64,000 nt of DNA from Balanoglossus misakiensis (taxonomy: Eukaryota > Animalia > Hemichordata): contig CM082594.2 in assembly GCA_040954595.2 (NCBI GenBank), positions 456,208 to 520,207 on the forward strand, read 5' to 3'. The position numbers and the translations under genes are program-made. Under the pieces are notes generated by a model. That model was not told where the DNA came from. It saw only the letters and a list, made by a program, of their open reading frames with translations, and made no database searches. Numbering within the stretch: position 1 is the stretch's first letter; every line of letters begins with the position of its first letter. Below are positions 39,874 to 55,046 of the stretch, in pieces.

Positions 39874-41459
39874 CGTACAGAGACCACGTTGATCAAGTCT
39901 GATCTCCTACGGCTTGGTTCGACTAAAACCCCGGCACACTATGACAGACACTAGCGTTCGTTAGCAACGGTGATCAAGTCAGATTTTCTACGGCATGGCT
40001 TGGCTAAAGCCCTGGCACTCTAGAGCAGAAACACGCGTACAGAGACCACGTTGATCTACTCACATTTCCTTCGGCCTGGCACGGCTGATGCCCCGGCACT
40101 ATATATAGGACACAAACTGGCGTAAGTTAACAACGGTAATCACGTCGGGTTTCCTACGGCCTGGCTCAGCTGAAGCCCCGGCTCTCTAGAGCAGAAACAG
40201 GCGTACATTGACCACGTTGATCAAATCAGATTCCTACGGCGTGACTCCGCTGGTGCACCGGCTCTATATGACACAGACTGGCGTAAGTTATCAACGATGA
40301 TTACGTCGGATTTCCTACGGCCTGGTTTAGCTCAAGCCCCGGCACTTTAGAGCGGAAACACGCGTACATTGACCACGATGATCAAGTCAGATCTCCTACG
40401 GCTTGGCTCGACTAAAACCCCGGCACACTATGACAGACACTAGCGTTCGTTAGCAACGTTGATCAATTCAGATTTCCTACGGCATGGCTTGGCTAAAGCC
40501 CTGGCATTCTAGAGCAGAAACACGCGTACAGAGACCACATTGATCTACTCACATTTCCTTAGGCCTGGCACGGCTGATGCCCCGCACTATATATAGGACA
40601 CAGACTGGCGTAAGTTAACAACGGTAATCACGTCGGGTTTCCTACGGCCTGGCTCAGCTGAAGCCCCGGCACTCTAGAGCAGAAACAGGCGTACATTGAC
40701 CACGTTGATCAAATTAGATTCCTACGGCGTGACTCGGCTGGTGCACCGGCTCTATATGACACAGACTGGCGTAAGTTATCAACGGTGATTACGTCGGATT
40801 TCCTACGGCCTGGTTTAGCTGAAGCCCCGGCACTTTAGAGCGGAAACACGCGTACATTGACCACGATGATCCAGTCAGATCTCCTACGGCCTGGCTCGAC
40901 TAAAACCCCGGCACACCATGACAGACACTAGCGTTCGTTAGCAACGGTGATCAAGTCGGATTTCCTTCGGCCTGGCTCTGCAAAACACCCGACACTCTAG
41001 TACAAAGACGTTGGCTAAGTCGGGCAAACCGAAGAGGGAAAGTCACAGCGGGTCAACACTCGACATTTGTAATGGTAGGACTACATTATTGCCTGTCAAT
41101 TTATAGAGAAAGCCCGAATTTAACCAGGGCGTTTCAAACACCGACGTTAGTTGTGGGCACGGCCTGCAGTACTGACGGGTAAGCTGACATCGGCGTACCG
41201 CATTTAATGTAGGGGGGGGGGGGGACAGAACGGTTCAATACTATATTTATTAGATATCAGCTACTTTTGGACAATCATCTAAAATCTAAATCATTTTTTC
41301 ATATTTGGATATCTGATGATGTATGAAATTTCCATTATATGTAAAAATGGTGCTGATTTTAAAAAATGCACTCTGAATGAGCTGATTTAATACGAAATTG
41401 CGTTTTATTCGTTTTTGCACCAAAAAGGTCATTTTTAGGGAAAACATTCTTTATTCTTT

Positions 41460-43571
41460 AAATTCGGTGACCTGATCATATATAAACAATTGCTTGTATG
41501 TTAAAAGTTTTAATGACTTTTAAAAGCAGTGACACTGGCGGCATTCAACACGAAAATAACAATTTTAGCCACAATTCGGTCAAAATGGTAAATTTTTGAA
41601 AATTACAAAAAATACCTGTTTTCTACATTTTCGGAAATCTGATGGAGTATAGAATGCTCTTCGTATACATATATCGATACAAATTCCACAAAAAAACGGC
41701 CAATTTGGCTCACTGCAGACAAAATTGCGTTTTACCAAATTTTCCTTGAAAATGTCATTTTTAGAAAAAAAAATAAAAACAACCTTTGTTCTTCGAATTT
41801 GGTGCCCTGATCATATATGACATGTTGATTGTATGTTAAAACTTTCGACCACTCCAAAAATGCAGAGATATTGACGGAATTCAAGAAAAAATAGCCATTT
41901 TGGCCATATTTTGACAAAAATGGTAAATTTTTAAAAAATCATAAAAAATTAACTCTTTTCTTCATTTTCGGAAATATTATGGAGCATGAAGTGTCGTTCT
42001 CTTGTAAAAAGTGCTGCAAATTCCAGAAAAGGCGGTATAATTTGAATCACCCATGACAAAATTACCATTTTCGACTTTTTTTCGAAAAATTGTGATTTTT
42101 ACAAAATAAATAAGAATAAATTATTTTCTTAGTTTCAAAAGGGTAGAGACACTTTCCACACAGGTTTTTTAACATTGAATTCCCATTCATCAACTCAGAT
42201 TTCCTACAGCATAAGTCGGCTAAAACCCTGACACTCTAGAGCAGAAACAGTTGCACACTGGTAACGTTGAACAAGTCGATTTTTCTACGGCCTGGCTCGG
42301 CTAAATCTCCGTCACAATATGACAGACACTAGCGTTCGTTAGCAACGTTGATCAAGTCAGATTTCCTACGGCATGGCTTGGCTAAAGCCCTGGCACTCTA
42401 GAGCAGAAACACGCGTACAGAAACCACGTTGATCTACTCACATTTCCTTCGGCCTGGCTCAGCTGAAGCCCCGGCACTCTAGATCAGAAACAGGCGTACA
42501 TTGACCACGTTGATCAAATTCGGTGACCTGATCATATATAAACAATTGCTTGTATGTTAAAAGTTTTAATGACTTTTAAAAGCAGTGACACTGGCGGCAT
42601 TCAACACGAAAATAACAATTTTAGCCACAATTCGGTCAAAATGGTAAATTTTTGAAAATTACAAAAAATACCTGTTTTCTACATTTTCGGAAATCTGATG
42701 GAGTATAGAATGCTCTTCGTATACATATATCGATACAAATTCCACAAAAAAACGGCCAATTTGGCTCACTGCAGACAAAATTGCGTTTTACCAAATTTTC
42801 CTTGAAAATGTCATTTTTAGAAAAAAAAATAAAAAAAACCTTTGTTCTTCGAATTTGGTGCCCTGATCATATATGACATGTTGATTGTATGTTAAAACTT
42901 TCGACCACTCCAAAAATGCAGAGATATTGACGGAATTCAAGAAAAAATAGCCATTTTGGCCATATTTTGACAAAAATGGTAAATTTTTAAAAAATCATAA
43001 AAAATTAACTCTTTTCTTCATTTTCGGAAATATTATGGAGCATGAAGTGTCGTTCTCTTGTAAAAAGTGCTGCAAATTCCAGAAAAGGCGGTATAATTTG
43101 AATCACCCATGACAAAATTACCATTTTCGACTTTTTTTCGAAAAATTGTGATTTTTACAAAATAAATAAGAATAAATTATTTTCTTAGTTTCAAAAGGGT
43201 AGAGACACTTTCCACACAGGTTTTTTAACATTGAATTCCCATTCATCAACTCAGATTTCCTACAGCATAAGTCGGCTAAAACCCTGACACTCTAGAGCAG
43301 AAACAGTTGCACACTGGTAACGTTGAACAAGTCGATTTTTCTACGGCCTGGCTCGGCTAAATCTCCGTCACAATATGACAGACACTAGCGTTCGTTAGCA
43401 ACGTTGATCAAGTCAGATTTCCTACGGCATGGCTTGGCTAAAGCCCTGGCACTCTAGAGCAGAAACACGCGTACAGAAACCACGTTGATCTACTCACATT
43501 TCCTTCGGCCTGGCTCAGCTGAAGCCCCGGCACTCTAGATCAGAAACAGGCGTACATTGACCACGTTGATC
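41460..43571 (-). repeat. Two tandem 1056-bp truncated units lacking the spacer and most GC monomers
   Basis: An identical novel junction GTTGATC-AAATT-CGGTGACC occurs at 42516-42520 and 43572-43576. ORF copies at 41732 and 42788 are offset by exactly 1056. Confidence 0.93.
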
Positions 43572-46500
43572 AAATTCGGTGACCTGATCATATATAAACA
43601 ATTGCTTGTATGTTAAAAGTTTTAATGACTTTTAAAAGCAGTGACACTGGCGGCATTCAACACGAAAATAACAATTTTAGCCACAATTCGGTCAAAATGG
43701 TAAATTTTTGAAAATTACAAAAAATACCTGTTTTCTACATTTTCGGAAATCTGATGGAGTATAGAATGCTCTTCGTATACATATATCGATACAAATTCCA
43801 CAAAAAAACGGCCAATTTGGCTCACTGCAGACAAAATTGCGTTTTACCAAATTTTCCTTGAAAATGTCATTTTTAGAAAAAAAAAATAAAAAAAACCTTT
43901 GTTCTTCGAATTTGGTGCCCTGATCATATATGACATGTTGATTGTATGTTAAAACTTTCGACCACTCCAAAAATGCAGAGATATTGACGGAATTCAAGAA
44001 AAAATAGCCATTTTGGCCATATTTTGACAAAAATGGTAATTTTTTAAAAAATCATAAAAAATTAACTCTTTTCTTCATTTTCGGAAATATTATGGAGCAT
44101 GAAGTGTCGTTCTCTTGTAAAAAGTGCTGCAAATTCCAGAAAAGGCGGTATAATTTGAATCACCCAAGACAAAATTGCAATTTTTCGACTTTTTTTCGAA
44201 AAATTGTCTTTTTTACAAAATAAATAAGAATAAATTCTTTTCTTAGTTTCAAACGGGTAGAGATACTTTCCACACGGGTTTTCTAACATTGAATTCCCGT
44301 TCATCAACTCAGATTTCCTACAGCATAAGTCGGCTAAAACCCTGACACTCTAGAGCAGAAACAGTTGCACACTGGTAACGTTGAACAAGTCGATTTTTCT
44401 ACGGCCTGGCTCGGCTAAATCTCCGTCACAATATGACAGACACTAGCGTACGTTAGCAACGGTGATCAAGTCAGATTTTCTACGGCATGGGTTGGATAAA
44501 GCCCCGGCACTCTAGAGCAGAAACACGCGTACAGAGACCACGTTGATCAAGTCTGATCTCCTACGGCTTGGCTCGACTAAAACCCCGGCACACTATGACA
44601 GACATTAGCGTTCGTTAGCAACGTTGATCAAGTCAGATTTCCTACGGCATGGCTTGGCTAAAGCCCTGGCACTCTAGAGCAGAAACACGCGTACAGAGAC
44701 CACGTTGATCTACTCACATTTCCTTCGGCCTGGCACGGCTGATGCCCCGGCACTATATATAGGACACAAACTGGCGTAAGTTAACAACGGTAATCACGTC
44801 GGGTTTCCCACGGCCTGGCTCAGCTGAAGCCCCGGCACTCTAGAGCAGAAACAGGCGTACATTGACCACGTTGATCAAGTAAGATTTCCTACGGCGTGAT
44901 TCGGCTGGTGCACCGGCTCTATATGACACAGACTGGCGTAAGTTATCAACGGTGATTACGTCGGATTTCCTACGGCATGGTTTAGCTGAAGCCCCGGCAC
45001 TTAAAAGCGGAAACACGCGTACATTGACCACGATGATCAAGTCAGATCTCCTACGGCCTGGCTCGACTAAAACCCCGGCACACCATGACAGACACTAGCG
45101 TTCGTTAGCAACGGTGATCAAGTCGGATTTCCTTCGGCCTGGCTCTGCAAAAGACCCGACACATTAGTACAAAGACGTTGGCTAAGTCGGGCAAACCGAA
45201 GAGGGAAAGTCACAGCGGGTCAACACTCGACATTTGTTCGGGTAGGACTGCATTATTGCCTGTCAATTTATAGAGAAAGCCCGAATTTAACCAGGGCGTT
45301 ACAAACACCGACGTTAGTTGGGGGCACGGCCTGCAGTACTGACGGGTAAGCTGACATCGGCGTACCGCATATAATATAGGGGGGGGGGGGGAAACAGAAC
45401 GGTTCAATACTACATTTATTAGATATCAGCTAATTTTGGACAATCATCTAAAATCTAAATCATTTTTTCATATTTGGATATCTGATGATGTATGAAATTT
45501 CCATTATATGTAAAAATGGTGCTGATTATAAAAAATGCACTCTGAATGAACTGATTTAATACAAAATTACGTTTTATTCGTTTGTGCACCTAAAAGGTCA
45601 TTTTTAGGCAAAACATTCTTTATTTTTTTAATTCGGTGACCTGATCATATATAAAGAATGGCTTGTATGTTAAAAGTTTTTATGACTTTTAAAAGCAGTG
45701 ACACTGGCGGCATTCAACACGAAAATAACAATTTTAGCCACAATTTGGTCAAAATGGAAAATTTTTCAAAATTACAAAAAATACTCTTTTCTACATTTTC
45801 GGAAATCTGATGGAGTATAGAAGGCTCTTCGTATGTATATATCGATACAATTTCCACAAAAAACCGTCTAATTTGGCTCACTGCAGACAAAATTGCGTTT
45901 TACCAAATTTTCCTTGAAAATGTCATTTTTAGAAAAAAAAATAAAAAAAACCTTTGTTCTTCGAATTTGGTGCCCCGATCATATATGACATGTTGATTGT
46001 ATGTTAAAAGTTTCGACCACTCCAAAAATGCAGAGATATTGACGGAATTCAAGAAAAAATAGCCATTTTGGCCATATTTTGACAAAAATGGTAAAATTTT
46101 AAAAAATCATAAAAAATTAACTCTTTTCTTCATTTTCGGAAATATTATGGAGCATGAAGGTCGTTCTCTTGTAAAAAGTGCTGCAAATTCCAGAAAAGGC
46201 GGTATAATTTGAATCACCCAAGACAAAATTGCAATTTTTCGACTTTTTTTCGAAAAATTGTCTTTTTTACAAAATAAATAAGAATAAATTCTTTTCTTAG
46301 TTTCAAACGGGTAGAGATACTTTCCACACGGGTTTTCTAACATTGAATTCCCGTTCATCAACTCAGATTTCCTACAGCATAAGTCGGCTAAAACCCTGAC
46401 ACTCTAGAGCAGAAACAGTTGCACACTGGTAACGTTGAACAAGTCGATTTTTCTACGGCCTGGCTCGGCTAAATCTCCGTCACAATATGACAGACACTAG

Positions 46501-49500
46501 CGTACGTTAGCAACGGTGATCAAGTCAGATTTTCTACGGCATGGGTTGGATAAAGCCCCGGCACTCTAGAGCAGAAACACGCGTACAGAGACCACGTTGA
46601 TCAAGTCTGATCTCCTACGGCTTGGCTCGACTAAAACCCCGGCACACTATGACAGACATTAGCGTTCGTTAGCAACGTTGATCAAGTCAGATTTCCTACG
46701 GCATGGCTTGGCTAAAGCCCTGGCACTCTAGAGCAGAAACACGCGTACAGAGACCACGTTGATCTACTCACATTTCCTTCGGCCTGGCACGGCTGATGCC
46801 CCGGCACTATATATAGGACACAAACTGGCGTAAGTTAACAACGGTAATCACGTCGGGTTTCCCACGGCCTGGCTCAGCTGAAGCCCCGGCACTCTAGAGC
46901 AGAAACAGGCGTACATTGACCACGTTGATCAAGTAAGATTTCCTACGGCGTGATTCGGCTGGTGCACCGGCTCTATATGACACAGACTGGCGTAAGTTAT
47001 CAACGGTGATTACGTCGGATTTCCTACGGCATGGTTTAGCTGAAGCCCCGGCACTTAAAAGCGGAAACACGCGTACATTGACCACGATGATCAAGTCAGA
47101 TCTCCTACGGCCTGGCTCGACTAAAACCCCGGCACACCATGACAGACACTAGCGTTCGTTAGCAACGGTGATCAAGTCGGATTTCCTTCGGCCTGGCTCT
47201 GCAAAAGACCCGACACATTAGTACAAAGACGTTGGCTAAGTCGGGCAAACCGAAGAGGGAAAGTCACAGCGGGTCAACACTCGACATTTGTTCGGGTAGG
47301 ACTGCATTATTGCCTGTCAATTTATAGAGAAAGCCCGAATTTAACCAGGGCGTTACAAACACCGACGTTAGTTGGGGGCACGGCCTGCAGTACTGACGGG
47401 TAAGCTGACATCGGCGTACCGCATATAATATAGGGGGGGGAAACAGAACGGTTCAATACTACATTTATTAGATATCAGCTAATTTTGGACAATCATCTAA
47501 AATCTAAATCATTTTTTCATATTTGGATATCTGATGATGTATGAAATTTCCATTATATGTAAAAATGGTGCTGATTATAAAAAATGCACTCTGAATGAAC
47601 TGATTTAATACAAAATTACGTTTTATTCGTTTGTGCACCTAAAAGGTCATTTTTAGGCAAAACATTCTTTATTTTTTTAATTCGGTGACCTGATCATATA
47701 TAAAGAATGGCTTGTATGTTAAAAGTTTTTATGACTTTTAAAAGCAGTGACACTGGCGGCATTCAACACGAAAATAACAATTTTAGCCACAATTTGGTCA
47801 AAATGGAAAATTTTTCAAAATTACAAAAAATACTCTTTTCTACATTTTCGGAAATCTGATGGAGTATAGAAGGCTCTTCGTATGTATATATCGATACAAT
47901 TTCCACAAAAAACCGTCTAATTTGGCTCACTGCAGACAAAATTGCGTTTTACCAAATTTTCCTTGAAAATGTCATTTTTAGAAAAAAAAATAAAAAAAAC
48001 CTTTGTTCTTCGAATTTGGTGCCCCGATCATATATGACATGTTGATTGTATGTTAAAAGTTTCGACCACTCCAAAAATGCAGAGATATTGACGGAATTCA
48101 AGAAAAAATAGCCATTTTGGCCATATTTTGACAAAAATGGTAAAATTTTAAAAAATCATAAAAAATTAACTCTTTTCTTCATTTTCGGAAATATTATGGA
48201 GCATGAAGGTCGTTCTCTTGTAAAAAGTGCTGCAAATTCCAGAAAAGGTGGTATAATTTGAATCACCCAAGACAAAATTACCATTTTCGCCTTTGTTTCG
48301 AAAAATTGTCTTTTTTACAAAATAAATAAGAATAAATTCTTTTCTTAGTTTCAAACGGGTAGAGATACTTTCTACACGGGTTTTCTAACATTGAATTCCC
48401 GTTCATCAACTCAGATTTCCTACAGCATAAGTCGGCTAAAACCCTGAGACTTTAGAGCAGAAACAGTTGCACACTGGTAACGTTGAACAAGTCGATTTTT
48501 CTACGGCCTGGCTCGGCTAAATCTCCGTCACAATATGACAGACACTAGCGTACGTTAGCAACGGTGATCAAGTCAGATTTTCTACAGCATGGCTTGGATA
48601 AAGCCCCGGCACTCTAGAGCAGAAACACGCGTACAGAGACCACGTTGATCAAGTCTGATCTCCTACGGCTTGGCTCGACTAAAACCCCGGCACACTATGA
48701 CAGACATTAGCGTTCGTTAGCAACGTTGATCAAGTCAGATTTCCTACGGCATGGCTTGGCTAAAGCCCTGGCACTCTAGAGCAGAAACACGCGTACAGAG
48801 ACCACGTTGATCTACTCACATTTCCTTCGGCCTGGCACGGCTGATGCCCCGGCACTATATATAGGACACAAACTGGCGTAAGTTAACAACGGTAATCACG
48901 TCGGGTTTCCCACGGCCTGGCTCAGCTGAAGCCCCGGCACTCTAGAGCAGAAACAGGCGTACATTGACCACGTTGATCAAGTAAGATTTCCTACGGCGTG
49001 ATTCGGCTGGTGCACCGGCTCTATATGACACAGACTGGCGTAAGTTATCAACGGTGATTACGTCGGATTTCCTACGGCCTGGTGTAGCTGAAGCCCCGGC
49101 CCTTTAGAGCGGAAACACGCGTACATTGACCACGATAATCAAGTCAGATCTCCTACGGCCTGGCTCGACTAAAACCCCGGCACACCATGACAGACACTAG
49201 CGTTCGTTAGCAACGGTGATCAAGTCGGATTTCCTTCGGCCTGGCTCTGCAAAAGACCCGACACATTAGTACAAAGACGTTGGCTAAGTCGGGCAAACCG
49301 AAGAGGGAAAGTCACAGCGGGTCAACACTCGACATTTGTTCGGGTAGGACTGCATTATTGCCTGTCAATTTATAGAGAAAGCCCGAATTTAACCAGGGCG
49401 TTACAAACACCGACGTTAGTTGGGGGCACGGCCTGCAGTACTGACGGGTAAGCTGACATCGGCGTACCGCATATAATATAGGGGGGGGGGGGGAAACAGA

Positions 49501-52500
49501 ACGGTTCAATACTACATTTATTAGATATCAGCTAATTTTGGACAATCATCTAAAATCTAAATCATTTTTTCATATTTGGATATCTGATGATGTATGAAAT
49601 TTCCATTATATGTAAAAATGGTGCTGATTATAAAAAATGCACTCTGAATGAACTGATTTAATACAAAATTACGTTTTATTCGTTTTTGCACCTAAAAGGT
49701 CATTTTTAGGCAAAACATTCTTTATTTTTTTAATTCGGTGACCTGATCATATATAAAGAATGGCTTGTATGTTAAAAGTTTTTATGACTTTTAAAAGCAG
49801 TGACACTGGCGGCATTCAACACGAAAATAACAATTTTAGCCACAATTTGGTCAAAATGGAAAATTTTTCAAAATTACAAAAAATACCCTTTTCTACATTT
49901 TCGGAAATCTGATGGAGTATAGAAGGCTCTTCGTATGTATATATCGATACAATTTCCACAAAAAACCGTCTAATTTGGCTCACTGCAGACAAAATTGCGT
50001 TTTACCAAATTTTCCTTGAAAATGTCATTTTTAGAAAAAAAAATAAAAAAAACCTTTGTTCTTCGAATTTGGTGCCCCGATCATATATGACATGTTGATT
50101 GTATGTTAAAAGTTTCGACCACTCCAAAAATGCAGAGATATTGACGGAATTCAAGAAAAAATAGCCATTTTGGCCATATTTTGACAAAAATGGTAAAATT
50201 TTAAAAAATCATAAAAAATTAACTCTTTTCTTCATTTTCGGAAATATTATGGAGCATGAAGGTCGTTCTCTTGTAAAAAGTGCTGCAAATTCCAGAAAAG
50301 GTGGTATAATTTGAATCACCCAAGACAAAATTACCATTTTCGCCTTTGTTTCGAAAAATTGTCTTTTTTACAAAATAAATAAGAATAAATTCTTCTCTTA
50401 GTTTCAAACGGGTAGAGATACTTTCTACACGGGTTTTCTAACATTGAATTCCCGTTCATCAACTCAGATTACCTACAGCATAAGTCGGCTAAAACCCTGA
50501 GACTTTAGAGCAGAAACAGTTGCACACTGGTAACGTTGAACAAGTCGATTTTTCTACGGCCTGGCTCGGCTAAATCTCCGTCACAATATGACAGACACTA
50601 TCGTACGTTAGTAACGGTGATCAGGTCAGATTTTCTACGGCATGGCTTGGATAAAGCCCCGGCACTCTAGAGCAGAAACACGCGTACAGAGACCACGTTG
50701 ATCAAGTCTGATCTCTTACGGCTTGGCTCGACTAAAACCCCGGCACACTATGACAGACATTAGCGTTCGTTAGCAACGTTGATCAAGTCAGATTTCCTAC
50801 GGCATGGCTTGGCTAAAGCCCTGGCACTCTAGAGCAGAAACACGCGTACAGAGACCACGTTGATCTACTCACATTTCCTTCGGCCTGGCACGGCTGATGC
50901 CCCGGCACTATATATAGGACACAAACTGGCGTAAGTTAACAACGGTAATCACGTCGGGTTTCCCACGGCCTGGCTCAGCTGAAGCCCCGGCACTCTAGAG
51001 CAGAAACAGGCGTACATTGACCACGTTGATCAAGTAAGATTTCCTACGGCGTGACTCGGCTGGTGCACCGGCTCTATATGACACAGACTGGCGTAAGTTA
51101 TCAACGGTGATTACGTCGGATTTCCTACGGCCTGGTGTAGCTGAAGCCCCGGCCCTTTAGAGCGGAAACACGCGTACATTGACCACGATAATCAAGTCAG
51201 ATCTCCTACGGCCTGGCTCGACTAAAACCCCGGCACACCATGACAGACACTAGCGTTCGTTAGCAACGGTGATCAAGTCTGATTTCCTTCGGCCTGGCTC
51301 TGCAAAAGACGCGACACATTAGTACAAAGACGTTGGCTAAGTCGGGCAAACCGAAGAGGGAAAGTCACAGCGGGTCAACACTCGACATTTGTTCCGGTAG
51401 GACTACATTATTGGCTGTCAATTTATAGAGAAAGCCCGAATTTAACCAGGGCGTTTCAAACACCGACGTTAGTTGTGGGCACGGCCTGCAGTACTGATGG
51501 GTAAGCTGACATCGGCGTACCGCATGTAATGTAGGGGGGGGGGGGGACAGAACGGTTCAATACTACATTTATTAGATATCAGTTACTTTAGGACAATCAT
51601 CTAAAATCTAAATCATTTTTTCATATTTGGATATCTGATGATGTATGAAATTTCCATTATATGTAAAAATGGTGCTTATTATAAAACATGCACTCTGAAT
51701 GAACTGATTTAATACAAGATTGCGTTTTATTCGTTTTTGCACCAAAAAGGTCATTTTTAGGCAAAACATTCTTTATTTTTTTAATTCGGTGACCTGATCA
51801 TATATAAACAATTGCTTGTATGTTAAAAGTTTTAATGACTTTTAAAAGCAGTGACACTGGCGGCATTCATCACGAAAATAACAATTTTAGCCACAATTTA
51901 GTCAAAATGGTAAATTTTTGAAATTTACAAAAAATACCTGTTTTCTACATTTTCGGAAATCTGATGGAGTGTAGAATGCTCTTCGTATGTATATATCGAT
52001 ACAATTTCCACAAAAGACCGTCTAATTTGGCTCACTGCAGACAAAATTGCGTTTTACCAAATTTTCCTTGAAAATGTCATTTTTAGAAAAAAAAAAAAAA
52101 AAACCTTTGTTCTTCGAATTTGGTGCCCTGATCATATATGACATGTTGATTGTATGTTAAAACTCTCGACTACTCCAAAAATGCTGAGATATTGATGGAA
52201 TTCAAGAAAAATAGCCATTTTGGCCATATTGTGACAAAAATGGTAAATTTTTGAAAAATCATAAAAAATTAACTCTTTTCTTCATTTTCGGAAATATTAT
52301 GGAGCATGAAGTGTCGTTCTCTTGTAAAAAGTGCTGCAAATTCCAGAAAAGGCGGTATAATTTGAATCACCCAAGACAAAACTGCAATTTTTCGACTTTT
52401 TTTTCGAAAAATTGTCTTTTTTACAAAATAAATAAGAGTAAATTCTTTTCTTAGTTTCAAACGGGTAGAGATACTTTCCACACGGGTTTTCTAACATTGA

Positions 52501-54688
52501 ATTCCCGTTCATCAACTCAAATTTCCTACAGCATAAGTCGGCTAAAACCCTGACACTCTAGAGCAGAAACAGTTGCACACTGGTAACGTTGAACAAGTCG
52601 ATTTTTCTACGGCCTGGCTCGGCTAAATCTCCGTCACAATATGACAGACACTAGCGTACGTTAGCAACGGTGATCAAGTCAGATTTTCTACGGCATGGGT
52701 TGGATAAAGCCCCGGCACTCTAGAGCAGAAACACGCGTACAGAGACCACGTTGATCAAGTCTGATCTCCTACGGCTTGGCTCGACTAAAACCCCGGCACA
52801 CTATGACAGACACTAGCGTTCGTTAGCAGCGTTGATCAAGTCAGATTTCCTACGGCATGGCTTGGCTAAAGCCCTGGCACTCTAGAGCAGAAACACGCGT
52901 ACAGAGACCACGTTGATCTACTCACATTTCCTTCGGCCTGGCACGGCTGATGCCCCGGCACTATATATAGGACACAAACTGGCGTAAGTTAACAACGGTA
53001 ATCACGTCGGGTTTCCTACGGCCTGGCTCAGCTGAAGCCCCGGCACTCTAGAGCAGAAACAGGCGTACATTGACCACGTTGATCAAGTCAGATTTCCTAC
53101 GGCGTGACTCGGCTGGTGCACCGGCTCTATATGACACAGACTGGCGTAAGTTATCAACGGTGATTACGTCGGATTTCCTACGGCCTGGTTTAGCTGAAGC
53201 CCCGGCACTTTAGAGCGGAAACACGCGTACATTGACCACGATGATCAAGTCAGATCTCCTACGGCCTGGCTCGACTAATACCCCGGCACACCATGACAGA
53301 CACTAGCGTTCGTTAGCAACGGTGATCAAGTCGGATTTCCTTCGGCCTGGCTCTGCAAAAGACCCGACACTCTAGTACAAAGACGTTGGCTAAGTTGGGC
53401 AAACCGAAGAGGGAAATTCGCAGCGGGTCAACACTCGACATTTGTTCCGGTAGGACTGCATTATTGCCTGTCGATTTATAGAGAGAGCCCGAATTTAACC
53501 AGGGCGTTTCAAACACCGACGTTTGTTGGGGGCACGGCCTACAGTACTGCCGGGTAAGCTGACATCGGCGTACCGCATATAATGTAAGGGGGGGGGACAG
53601 AACGGTTCAATACTACATTTATTAGATATCAGCTAATTTTGGACAATCATCTAAAATCTAAATCATTTTTTCATATTTGGATATCTGATGATGTATGAAA
53701 TTTCCATTATATGTAAAAATGGTGCTTATTATAAAACATGCACTCTGAATGAACTGATTTAATACAAGATTGCGTTTTATTCGTTTTTGCACCAAAAAGG
53801 TCATTTTTAGGCAAAACATTCTTTATATTTTTAATTCGGTGACCTGATCATATATAAACAATTGCTTGTATGTTAAACGTTTTTATGACTTTTAAAAGCA
53901 GTGACACTGGCGGCATTCATCACGAAAATAACAATTTTAGCCACAATTTGGTCAAAATGGTAAATTTTTGAAAATTACAAAAAATACCTGTTTTCTACAT
54001 TTTCGGAAATCTGATGGAGTATAGAATGCTCTTCGTATGTATATATCGATACAAATTCCACAAAAGACCGTCTAATTTGGCTCACTGCAGACAAAATTGC
54101 GTTTTACCAAATTTTCCTTGAAAATGTCATTTTTAGAAAAAAAAATAAAAAAACCTTTGTTCTTCGAATTTGGTGCCCTGATCATATATGACATGTTGAT
54201 TGTATGTTAAAACTCTCGACCACTCCAAAAATGCAGAGATATTGACGGAATTCAAGAAAAATAGCCATTTTGGCCATATTTTGAGAAAAATGGTAATTTT
54301 TTGAAAAATCATAAAAAATTAACTCTTTTCTTCATTTTCGGAAATATTATGGAGCATGAAGTGTCGTTCTCTTGTAAAAAGTGCTGCAAATTCCAGAAAA
54401 GGCGGTATAATTTGAATCACCCAAGACAAAATTGCAATTTTTCGACTTTTTTTCGAAAAATTGTCTTTTTTACAAAATAAATAAGAATAAATTATTTTCT
54501 TAGTTTCAAAAGGGTAGAGACACTTTCCACACAGGTTTTTTAACATTGAATTCCCATTCATCAACTCAGATTTCCTACAGCATAAGTCGGCTAAAACCCT
54601 GACACTCTAGAGCAGAAACAGTTGCACAATGGTAACGTTGAACAAGTCGATTTTTCTACGGCCTGGCTCGGCTAAATCTCCGTCACAC

Positions 54689-54940
54689 TAGTCCTGTTTC
54701 AAAATGACCTACATTACACGTCCTATACACATGTATTGCATGTTCTGATTGGTTTATCCGCTTCTCTAAGGTCCACTTGCGGCACGCTGATTGGAGGGAC
54801 CTTGTAGGTTAGGTCCTATTACTATGTATTATTCATTAGACCTTGTAGGTTAGGTCTTATTACTATGCATTATTCACTTTACAGCTCCCTGATTGGTTAA
54901 CGTGTCAGTCTGGTCCCCCATGTGTTCACTGTCTCATTAT
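54689..54940 (+). repeat. Left long imperfect inverted repeat of the transposon
   Basis: Aligns to the reverse complement of 55769-56004. A perfect 35-bp core AGGTCCACTTGCGGCACGCTGATTGGAGGGACCTT lies at 54769-54803. Confidence 0.9.
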
Positions 54941-55046
54941 ACAGGACCTTGTAGGTTATGTCTTATTAATATGTATTTATTCACCATACAGCTCCCTGAT
55001 TGGTTAACGTGTCAGTCTGGTCCCCCCAGTGTTCACTGCCTCATTG
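54798..55046 (+). repeat. Internal direct repeats in the left arm of the transposon (~41-bp and ~107-bp periods)
   Basis: GACCTTGTAGGTTA occurs at 54798, 54839 and ~54945. ACAGCTCCCTGATTGGTTAACGTGTCAGTCTGGTCCCCC occurs twice, 107 bp apart. Confidence 0.88.
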
